A stretch of DNA of 64,000 nucleotides from an uncultured Acidimicrobiales bacterium (GTDB lineage: Bacteria; Actinomycetota; Acidimicrobiia; Acidimicrobiales; CATQHL01). The notes beneath the pieces were generated by a model that was given only the letters and a program-made list of their open reading frames with translations, did not search any database and had not been told where the DNA came from. Positions 10,136 through 17,292 of this stretch are shown in pieces (position 1 is the first letter of the stretch; each line of letters opens with the position of its first letter). A program made the position numbers and the translations under genes. The DNA is taken from positions 2,030,780-2,094,779 of the forward strand of contig CATQHL010000001.1 of NCBI GenBank assembly GCA_958295925.1. Reading direction: 5' to 3'.

Positions 10136-11362
10136 GTGCACTCTCGCCAGGACGTCTTATCTCAGCAGACACTTGACTGGCTTTCAGCCACTCCGATTGA
10201 GCAGCGAAAGAGGCTGGGCCAGTTCATGACGCCTGAGCCGCTGCGGGAGCGGTTGCTCGATAGGTGTGATCTGCGTCCCGGGATGAGGGTGTTGGATCCG
10301 GGTGTAGGCACCGGGGAGTTTCTGGCGTCGGTCAGGAGGCGAGAGCCGCTGGCTGAGATATACGGCTGGGATGTCGACCCCGAGGTTTTGTCGGTGGCGG
10401 GGGGAATGGTGCCGGAAGCCCGCCTGAGCGAGAGATCGGCTCTCGATCCTTATCACGGGGAGCAGTTTGACCTTGTTGTCGGCAATCCTCCTTATTTTCA
10501 GTTCAAGGCGCCGGGCGCAGTGAGGAGCCACTTCTCGCAGGTGATTTCTGGGCGGGTGAACATTTTCGCGCTGTTTTTCCAGGCAGGGTTCGAAGTGCTG
10601 CGTTCAGGTGGTCAGCTTGCCTACGTGGTGCCGCCGTCTATGAACAACGGCGCATATTTTGAGCGGCTGCGCGGGTTCCTGGCGCGCAACGCCAGCATTG
10701 AGTTCCTCAAGATTTACAGGGACCAGTCGTTGTTCGACGGAGCCCGAACCCCTGTTCAGCTGATTGTCTTGCGGTTAGGGGAGAGAGACAGTGGCCGCCA
10801 CGTGTTTGTACGGGAAAGCCCCTCCAACGGTTTTCGGCGGACGATTTTCTCCGAGCGTCCGTCGGAACTTGAGCGGGCCTTCAGTGGAAGGAGGACGATG
10901 TATGAGCTTGGGTATGAGGCTGTCACCGGCACGATTGTCTGGAACCAGCACAAGGCCGACTTGCGTCACGAGGCAGGCAGCAACTCATACCCGCTTATTT
11001 GGGCGCACAACATAAGGGAAACGCTGAGTTTGGACAGCGCCCGTCTCAGGCCGCAATTCATAGAGACGCAACGGATTCCTCTAGTAGGCCCCGCAATAGT
11101 GACCAACCGCATAGTCGGCTCTGTCGGCTCGGCGGAATTCAGGTGCGCACTGGTTCCCGAAGGGATGAGCTTCCTGGGCGAGAACCACGTAAACGTCATT
11201 AAACCTCGCGGAATAATCAAACCTGAGATCAGCATGCCACAGTTACTCGATATTCTCAAATCACCACTCACCGTAGATCGAATTCGAAGACTAACTGGAA
11301 ACACGCAAATCTCGGCAACTGAGCTGACGCACCTCCTACCGTTGGTTGCGCAGGAGGTGTGA
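10136..11362 (+). CDS. gamma-class N6-adenine DNA methyltransferase (M.TaqI/Eco57I-like), no cognate endonuclease seen
   Basis: The motif order is X-I-IV: GQFMTPEPL, RVLDPGVGTGEFL, FDLVVGNPPYF, then NIFALFF..LRSGGQLAYVVP and a roughly 200-aa TRD-like C-terminal half. The start is uncertain (GTG 10136 or ATG 10226). The ORF-track extension back to 9791 overlaps fhs and is rejected. Confidence 0.85.
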   Translation: MHSRQDVLSQQTLDWLSATPIEQRKRLGQFMTPEPLRERLLDRCDLRPGMRVLDPGVGTGEFLASVRRREPLAEIYGWDVDPEVLSVAGGMVPEARLSERSALDPYHGEQFDLVVGNPPYFQFKAPGAVRSHFSQVISGRVNIFALFFQAGFEVLRSGGQLAYVVPPSMNNGAYFERLRGFLARNASIEFLKIYRDQSLFDGARTPVQLIVLRLGERDSGRHVFVRESPSNGFRRTIFSERPSELERAFSGRRTMYELGYEAVTGTIVWNQHKADLRHEAGSNSYPLIWAHNIRETLSLDSARLRPQFIETQRIPLVGPAIVTNRIVGSVGSAEFRCALVPEGMSFLGENHVNVIKPRGIIKPEISMPQLLDILKSPLTVDRIRRLTGNTQISATELTHLLPLVAQEV

Positions 11363-11379
11363 GCGTACGCTTCCGAGTT

Positions 11380-11988
11380 TCAGCTAGTTGTATCTCGGTC
11401 AGGTTTGATACGGTCTACGAGCCGCCAGACGCTTGAGCTTGGATTAGAGCCTTCCCGATTTTCGTTGCACTTATGCCGTTCGTCAAGGTCCTTGGCTCGC
11501 TCTTTGGCTTTTTCGTAGTTCTTTAGTATCGTAGGAGTGCTGCTTTTGGGGACTCTTTTGCCAGCAACAATCGAAAGTTGTTCAGCACGCTTTTGGATTA
11601 CCTTGCTATTAATATAGCCTGTCCGATCTTCACAATGCAGCACTAGCCACAGTTCAAAACAAGGGTTGGAGATGACGGTCTTGATTCCATTCTTGCGCGC
11701 TAATTCCTTTGCTTTATCAAGATCTGAGTGTTGATTCACATCGAAGACGCACCAAACTTCGTTATAGTCATCATCTCCACTCTGAGATTTACGAGTCTGA
11801 TCCATTGTCGCTTCTTTTACCAAGTTTAGTGGTGAATCGCCGTAGCTCCCTAAGCTAAGTTGCACACTATTATTTTGTCTATTCCAAATCTGAAGATAGT
11901 CTCTCTCAGTTTGTCCGTCGGTGTGTACTCGTATTCTCCTAGCGCGATTCTTTGCTTGCTTGGGTCGCCGCGAACCTTTTGGGGGCAT
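11380..11988 (-). CDS. RloB-like protein (AbiLii-type partner of the ATPase)
   Basis: N-terminal RIRVHTDGQTERDYL corresponds to the CEG..TE..YF-type motif. VWCVFDVNQH and ISNPCFELWLVLHCED are RloB hallmarks. Its ATG shares one base with the ATPase stop (TGATG). Confidence 0.85.
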   Translation of the reverse strand: MPPKGSRRPKQAKNRARRIRVHTDGQTERDYLQIWNRQNNSVQLSLGSYGDSPLNLVKEATMDQTRKSQSGDDDYNEVWCVFDVNQHSDLDKAKELARKNGIKTVISNPCFELWLVLHCEDRTGYINSKVIQKRAEQLSIVAGKRVPKSSTPTILKNYEKAKERAKDLDERHKCNENREGSNPSSSVWRLVDRIKPDRDTTS

Positions 11989-13256
11989 CAGAGATCAGCA
12001 GAGTGTATTTCCAAGTCGAAATTCGCATGATCGAGGTCAGGCACTCCACCATATCTGCCCACGAGATAGTCTTTCCTTATATCCGTATCCTTGGGCAGAC
12101 TGAAGTCAGTTAGTGGATAAATGCTGGAGACGCCCTCGTGAGTCTTTTTGGTAAGCCAGATTTGGTCAGGCCCCAACCCGTGTAGCTCAATGTCCTCAAA
12201 TAGGTTGTAATCATGGGAATTGAAGATTAGTTGAGCACAGTAAGGATTCTTATGTCCGCTCTGGAAGATGTCAACAGTATGCCTTACTAGACTGGGATGC
12301 AAGCTGGCGTCTAGCTCATCGACTAACAAAACCGTGCCGTCCAAGAGAGAATCGTGTATCTTTCCGACAAGTCCAATCCAGACCTTTGTTCCCAGCGACT
12401 CGTCAAATGATTCGAATTCGAATTCGCCCCAGGGGCTTGAGTGCGTGAGTCGGTAAGGTTCTTCGAACGGATCATCAATGCGCTTTGAAGCTTCATCAAC
12501 CTGTTTGATGTCTGCAACTCCGAGATCTGCAGCACGAATAAGGTTAAGAATATATTTTTTTGTGCTTGGATCCTCAATTAGATGGGAAGTGTGGTAGCCT
12601 CGCATACCACGATTAAGAGAATCTGCCAATTGCAGGTTGTTCTCAAACCAGGAATACAATGGTAGAATTATTGTTTCCCTGAGAGCACCTGCAACAGAAA
12701 GTAGTAGTATATTGTTGCGAAGAAGCTTGTGAAAATAGTTGCTAGTAGGGCGTAGAGATGATCCAAAGGAAATTTCTTCTTCGTTGCGTTCAAAAATAGT
12801 GACTCGACGCCCTTTCGGGTAGTAGTAGGCATGTTCACTAAGCACGTCATTATCGTCTATTGTAAAACCGTAACGCCAGTATACACCTGATATAAGCAGA
12901 TTGACTTCGAAACAAGAAGGCTGCTGAGCAGACTCTTTATCTAGCAGGAAAGGACGACGAAACACGACTTCATCTTTGAATGATTTCAATATAACACTGC
13001 GCATGTCTTTCATGGCTCTCAAGAATGTCGTCTTTCCGGAGGCGTTTGCTCCGAAAATGCCTGCGACCGGCAAGACTTCTACGTGCTTGCCGCTTGCCGT
13101 GGGGAGTTCGCGTGCCGCTGATTGCTTGGCGTGTGAGCCAGCATGCATCGAAAAGTGTTCTTTGTCCCTGTAAGAGAGCACATTCTCCGACTTGAACGAC
13201 AAGAGAGCACTCTGTGAAGGATCAACGATCTCACTGTATTTTGCAGTGGTGCGCAT
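11988..13256 (-). CDS. ABC/SMC-like AAA ATPase (AAA_15/AAA_21 type; AbiLi/RloA-like), copy 1
   Basis: Walker A GIFGANASGKTT, DESLGT, Walker B LLVDELDASLHP and H-loop IFNSHD. It is translationally coupled to the RloB-like gene and is very AT-rich relative to the host. Confidence 0.9.
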   Translation of the reverse strand: MRTTAKYSEIVDPSQSALLSFKSENVLSYRDKEHFSMHAGSHAKQSAARELPTASGKHVEVLPVAGIFGANASGKTTFLRAMKDMRSVILKSFKDEVVFRRPFLLDKESAQQPSCFEVNLLISGVYWRYGFTIDDNDVLSEHAYYYPKGRRVTIFERNEEEISFGSSLRPTSNYFHKLLRNNILLLSVAGALRETIILPLYSWFENNLQLADSLNRGMRGYHTSHLIEDPSTKKYILNLIRAADLGVADIKQVDEASKRIDDPFEEPYRLTHSSPWGEFEFESFDESLGTKVWIGLVGKIHDSLLDGTVLLVDELDASLHPSLVRHTVDIFQSGHKNPYCAQLIFNSHDYNLFEDIELHGLGPDQIWLTKKTHEGVSSIYPLTDFSLPKDTDIRKDYLVGRYGGVPDLDHANFDLEIHSADL

Positions 13257-13262
13257 GTGAAA

Positions 13263-13290
13263 ATTCTACGGAGGATTCCACGACTGTCAA
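13263..13290 (-). promoter_or_regulatory. sigma70-like promoter giving a leaderless ATPase-1 transcript
   Basis: On the minus strand: TTGACA (13290-13285), 16 nt, TAGAAT (13268-13263), 6 nt, ATG (13256). No Shine-Dalgarno sequence is present. Confidence 0.4.
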
Positions 13291-13412
13291 TCTGAACGCC
13301 CTAAACGGGTAAGAATGCGACTAGATCGACTTGGCCGACTGGCTGATCGTGGAATTGTGCAAGGTTCGCGATGATCGTCTTGCTGGGCGGGAAACGTGGA
13401 AAGGAGGGTCAC

Positions 13413-15725
13413 ATGGTGACAATGGTCGGAGCGAGCGTCGTCCGTAAAGAGGACGAGAGCCTTCTGACAGGCAGGGGGAGTTACGTGGACTCTGTTCGGC
13501 TGCCGGGCACCCTCGTAATGCACTTTGTGAGAAGTACGGAGGCGCACGCCCGTATTGTCTCCGTCGACACCGAGGCTGCGGCCGCAGCGCCGGGGGTGCA
13601 TGCCGTCTTTGTGGCTGAGGACTTCGGCGAATACGGCAACCTGCCGGGCGCACCTGGAATGGACTGCCCGTTGCTTGCGCGCGGCGTAGTGCGATTTGCG
13701 GGAGAGGGGGTAGCCCTGGTGGTGGCCGATGATCACGCCTCCGCAGCGGACGCGGCAGTGCTGGTTGAAGTGGACTACGAACCGCTGGAGGTGGTGACCA
13801 CGCCGATCGAGGCGATGGCCGAAGGGGCGCCCGTGCTGCACGAGGCGATCGGCTCCAACGTGCTCCTGGACACGCCTTGGCCGGACAACCTGGCCGCTCT
13901 CTTCTCCGAAGCCCCGCGCACGGCTTCGCTGAGGTTCTGGAACAACCGGTTGCATCCCGTGCCGATGGAGACCAGCGTCGTTCTCGCCGACTGGAAGCAC
14001 GACAAGCTCACAGTGTGGGCGTCCACGCAAGTGCCGCACGCACTGCGTAACACGCTTTCGAACTTCCTCGACATTCAGCAAAGCCGCTGTCGCGTCGTCC
14101 AGCCGGATGTGGGGGGAGGATTCGGCGCCAAGGTGCAGTGGTATCCCGAGCTCCTGCTGGCGCCGATCGCCTCCAAGCGGCTGGGGCGCCCCGTGAAATA
14201 CGTTCAGACGCGCACCGAGTGCTTCCAGGCCATGTTCCCCGGGCGCGATCAGCACCACTCCGTCGACGTTGCGTTCGACGACGACGGCAAAATCCTAGGC
14301 ATTCGCAGCGACGTGATCGCCGACTGCGGCGCATATCCCGATGTTCCTGTGGCCCTGGGCATGCCCACGCTTACGAACTGGATGTCGTCGGGCTGCTACG
14401 CCGTCCCGGCGATTTCGGCAGGCCACAAGGTGGTAGCCACCAACAAGACCCCCTATTCCTCATATCGCGGCGCCGGGCGGCCGGAGGCGGCCTACCTGAT
14501 CGAGCGTGTAGTTGATCTTGTTGCCGCCGAGACAGGGCTCGACCCGGTGGATGTGCGCTTCGCCAACTTCATTCCCGCCGACGCCTTCCCCTACGAGGTG
14601 CCGCACTCCAAAGTCTGTTACGACAGTGGAAACTACAAGGAATCGCTGAAGAAACTGCTGAAGATCGCCAACTACGAGGCCCTCAAGGCCGAGCGGGAGC
14701 GCCGCAACTCAAACCCGGACGAGAAATTGATGGGCATCGGCTTTTCCACATGGGTGGAGATTGCCTCATTCGGGCCGCGCGGCTCGATGGAGGCTTTCGG
14801 GCACATTGGCAGCTACGAGTCGTCGCAGGTGCGGATTCAACCCGACGGCACGGCAATTGTGAACACGGGGGCCGCCCCGCACGGACAGGGGACGGTGACA
14901 GTCCTCTCTCAGATTGCCGCAGACGAGCTGCAGATTCCCTTTGACTACATCATCGTGCGTTACGGCGACACCGACTCGACCCCGCAGGGCGTGGGCACCA
15001 TGGGTTCGCGCACGGCCGCGCTGGCAGGGGAGTCCACCAAGCTGGCAGCGCAGAAGGTGATGGGCGTCGCCCGCCGGGTGGCGGCTCACCTGCTCGAGGC
15101 CAACCCCGACGACGTTGTCTGCGAGGAGGGCAGGTTCTCGGTGGTGGGCACGCCAGAGAAGTCCATCGGCTGGCGGGAGGTCGGCTGGGCGGGGCTGTCG
15201 CCCATGCAGCTTCCCGAAGGCCTGGAGACTGGCTGCCTGGAGTCGACGGCCTACTTCGAGCCTTCAGGCTTCACGTTCCCCTTCGGCGCCTACCTGTGCG
15301 TGGTGGGAATCGACAGGGAGACGGGCGACATTGAGATCGAGCGGTTTCTTACGGTGGACGACTGCGGGACGGTGCTGAATCCGATGCTGGCCGACGGACA
15401 GGTGCAGGGAGGAATCGTGCAGGGCATAGCCCAGGCGCTGTATGAGGAGATGCGCTACGACTCGGAGGGTCAGCCGCTCACGGCCAACCTGGTGGACTAT
15501 TTGATGCCCGCCGCTTCCGACGTGCCGTCGATTGCAAGCGACCGCACGGTGACACCCACTCCGCACAACTCCCTTGGCGCCAAGGGCGTCGGCGAGGCCG
15601 GTTCAATCGGGGCGCCGCCGGCGGTGATCAACGCAGTGGTTGACGCCCTGAGCCGGTTCGGGGTTAGCCACATCGACATGCCGGCCACGCCTGAGAGGAT
15701 CTGGCGCGCAATGCGGGGCGCCTAG
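13413..15725 (+). CDS. xanthine dehydrogenase/aldehyde oxidase/CoxL-family molybdopterin-binding large subunit (orphan copy 1)
   Basis: N-terminal VRKEDESLLTGRGSYVD, DVGGGFGAK, active-site loop YRGAGRPEA and C-terminal LGAKGVGEAGSIGAPPAV. ATG 13413 follows AGGAGGG. No adjacent 2Fe-2S or FAD subunit gene is present. Confidence 0.9.
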   Translation: MVTMVGASVVRKEDESLLTGRGSYVDSVRLPGTLVMHFVRSTEAHARIVSVDTEAAAAAPGVHAVFVAEDFGEYGNLPGAPGMDCPLLARGVVRFAGEGVALVVADDHASAADAAVLVEVDYEPLEVVTTPIEAMAEGAPVLHEAIGSNVLLDTPWPDNLAALFSEAPRTASLRFWNNRLHPVPMETSVVLADWKHDKLTVWASTQVPHALRNTLSNFLDIQQSRCRVVQPDVGGGFGAKVQWYPELLLAPIASKRLGRPVKYVQTRTECFQAMFPGRDQHHSVDVAFDDDGKILGIRSDVIADCGAYPDVPVALGMPTLTNWMSSGCYAVPAISAGHKVVATNKTPYSSYRGAGRPEAAYLIERVVDLVAAETGLDPVDVRFANFIPADAFPYEVPHSKVCYDSGNYKESLKKLLKIANYEALKAERERRNSNPDEKLMGIGFSTWVEIASFGPRGSMEAFGHIGSYESSQVRIQPDGTAIVNTGAAPHGQGTVTVLSQIAADELQIPFDYIIVRYGDTDSTPQGVGTMGSRTAALAGESTKLAAQKVMGVARRVAAHLLEANPDDVVCEEGRFSVVGTPEKSIGWREVGWAGLSPMQLPEGLETGCLESTAYFEPSGFTFPFGAYLCVVGIDRETGDIEIERFLTVDDCGTVLNPMLADGQVQGGIVQGIAQALYEEMRYDSEGQPLTANLVDYLMPAASDVPSIASDRTVTPTPHNSLGAKGVGEAGSIGAPPAVINAVVDALSRFGVSHIDMPATPERIWRAMRGA

Positions 15726-15871
15726 TCGTAGTTCGCTCTGTTCTGATTTGGCAAGTACTTAAGGTGTTCTCTTTCAGTTACTTGGCCTTCGGTGTGGATT
15801 CGAATTACTTGGTTAGTATTAATTCCTGTCGGGCGATGTCTAGGTTATTCATACGAGTTTCCATGGTGCTA

Positions 15872-17185
15872 CTAGGTTGTTGCCAGCTCGAAGTCTGCAG
15901 GGTCAAGATTTGGTATTCCTCCGTATCTGCCAAAGAGGTAACGGTGCATGAATGCCTCATCCTTTCGTGTGTTATAGCTGCTGAGAGGATAAATGCTCGT
16001 GATACCGTGCAGATCTTTTTCGGCAAACCAGATTTGATCTCTGCCTAGACGGGGAAATTCGCCCTCTTCAAGCAGAGTGGGATCGTGTGAGTTGAAGATT
16101 AGTTGAGAGCACTTTGGGTTTGTTTTGGGGTCTTGAAATAGACGTATGACTTGCTGGACGAGAAGAGGGTGAAGACTTGAGTCAAGCTCGTCGATCAGTA
16201 TGTGCGTACCGCTGCCTAAAGCAAACAAAATTGGGCCGATTAATCCTATCCACGTTAGTGTTCCCAAGGATTCATCTTCGGCATCGAGCGCGACGGAGCC
16301 CGACGGAGTCGAGTGGGTCAGCTTGAGGATGTCGTTGACAAACATAACCTCATCGTCATTTAATTCTTCATTGCCAGTGAGAATTGCTGCGGCTTTTTTC
16401 ATTCGCTCCATAATTTCGGGACTTGTTGGAACCCGCTCAATGTCAGTAATACCAAGGTCGGCAGATCTCAAGAGTAACAACACGCGCTCGCGCACGTTCA
16501 GATCCCTCGACATGTCGGCGGTAAATACACAGCGCAAATCGCGGTTGTCGGATTCGGCTAGTTGAAAGTTATTTCTAAACCATAAAAAGAGCGAGCTGAG
16601 AGGGTAGTGGGCGGTTGCGCCTGCGACAGAAAGCAGAAGGGAATTGCCTCGAAGAAACGGAAGCAGCAAACGTCCTAAAGAACGGAAGCGGGGGCCGAAT
16701 GTGGTGCGATCCCCGTCGCGCTCAAAGACCAGCGCCTTACGCCCGTTGGGGTAGTGAAAGGCGAACTCATTCAGCACCCGAGTGTCGTCAAACTCGAAGC
16801 CGTACTGCCAGCGGACGCCTTCGACTATGAGGTCGATTTCGAAACTTGAGGGCCGTCGAGCAGATTCGTCGTCTAACAGGAACGGGCGACGGTACATACC
16901 GCTCTCCACGTTGCCCTGTCGGAAAGAACTCAAGACGACCTTGCGCATGTCATCGATCGCCTTGAGGAGGGTTGACTTTCCGGAGGCGTTGGCGCCGAAA
17001 ATGCCCGCTGCAGGCAGTACTCGGACGGGGCTGCCGGCCGTGGGCAGGGCATGAACCGCCGATTTCTCTGAGAGCCTTCCGGCATGCATAGGCAAATACA
17101 CCTCGTCCCGGTAGGAGCGAACGTTCTCTGCGGCGAATGACAAGAGAGCACTTGGGAGAGAAGAAGGAGTTTCTAAGGCGGACAT
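15872..17185 (-). CDS. ABC/SMC-like AAA ATPase, paralog (copy 2) of 11988..13256, no RloB partner
   Basis: It aligns end to end with copy 1 (AGIFGANASGKST, RRPFLLD, LLLSVAGA, DESLGT, ILIDELDSSLHP, QLIFNSHD, GRYGGIPNLD). It ends in a double stop, TAGTAG. Confidence 0.9.
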   Translation of the reverse strand: MSALETPSSLPSALLSFAAENVRSYRDEVYLPMHAGRLSEKSAVHALPTAGSPVRVLPAAGIFGANASGKSTLLKAIDDMRKVVLSSFRQGNVESGMYRRPFLLDDESARRPSSFEIDLIVEGVRWQYGFEFDDTRVLNEFAFHYPNGRKALVFERDGDRTTFGPRFRSLGRLLLPFLRGNSLLLSVAGATAHYPLSSLFLWFRNNFQLAESDNRDLRCVFTADMSRDLNVRERVLLLLRSADLGITDIERVPTSPEIMERMKKAAAILTGNEELNDDEVMFVNDILKLTHSTPSGSVALDAEDESLGTLTWIGLIGPILFALGSGTHILIDELDSSLHPLLVQQVIRLFQDPKTNPKCSQLIFNSHDPTLLEEGEFPRLGRDQIWFAEKDLHGITSIYPLSSYNTRKDEAFMHRYLFGRYGGIPNLDPADFELATT

Positions 17186-17191
17186 AGTTAG

Positions 17192-17220
17192 ATTTTTGCG
17201 GAATTTTCGTAGAAAGTCAA
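17192..17220 (-). promoter_or_regulatory. putative sigma70-like promoter giving a leaderless ATPase-2 transcript
   Basis: On the minus strand: TTGACT (17220-17215), 17 nt, AAAAAT (17197-17192), 6 nt, ATG (17185). The geometry matches the copy-1 promoter, but the -10 element is weaker. Confidence 0.3.
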
Positions 17221-17292
17221 CTTAAAATCGTAGCAAACACTTTTCTGCTGGCACCCTTGCTGCGCGGCGCGGGCGCATCGCGGGGGAGGGGA

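Larger units (their letters stand above)
10980..13330. other. low-GC compositional patch 1 (boundaries by eye)
   Basis: There is a visible switch to AT-rich codons and AT-rich intergenic DNA, strongest at 11.4-13.3 kb. The flanking fhs and Mo-hydroxylase genes are GC-rich. Confidence 0.6.
15726..17260. other. low-GC compositional patch 2 (boundaries by eye)
   Basis: AT-rich spacers at 15726-15871 and 17186-17250 flank an ORF of intermediate GC. Both neighbouring genes are GC-rich. Confidence 0.55.

Noticed and set aside
11362-11371. 10-bp perfect palindrome AGCGTACGCT in the 17-bp gap between the convergent MTase and RloB genes.
   Set aside because: It is too short and has no loop, so it cannot form a terminator hairpin. 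It could be a protein-binding or restriction-type site, but a single 10-mer is not evidence.
13413-15725. Annotating the CoxL-like genes (also 18719..21163) as carbon-monoxide dehydrogenase.
   Set aside because: The active-site loops read YRGAGRPEA and YRGAGMPQG, not the VAYRCSFR signature of bona fide form I CODH. Only the generic XDH/aldehyde-oxidase-family call is justified.
15726-15871. Possible remnant of a deleted RloB gene downstream of ATPase copy 2. One minus-strand frame reads ...LKENTLSTCQIRTERTT, faintly like the CEG..TE motif. An ATG-initiated 19-codon ORF (METRMNNLDIARQELILTK) follows the stop. The sequence ttacttgg is repeated at about 15779 and 15816.
   Set aside because: The resemblance is only a few residues, interrupted by stops, and far below what can be supported by eye. 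It would need a tblastn or profile search.
15764-16048. ORFs 15764..16048(+) and 15805..16026(-) in the AT-rich spacer.
   Set aside because: They overlap the 3' end of the well-supported ATPase gene and have no motifs. They are AT-rich chance ORFs.
10116-17292. Calling the accessory region a mobile element or genomic island with defined ends.
   Set aside because: I could identify no integrase, transposase, recombinase, flanking tRNA, or terminal direct or inverted repeats. Only the compositional evidence is reported.
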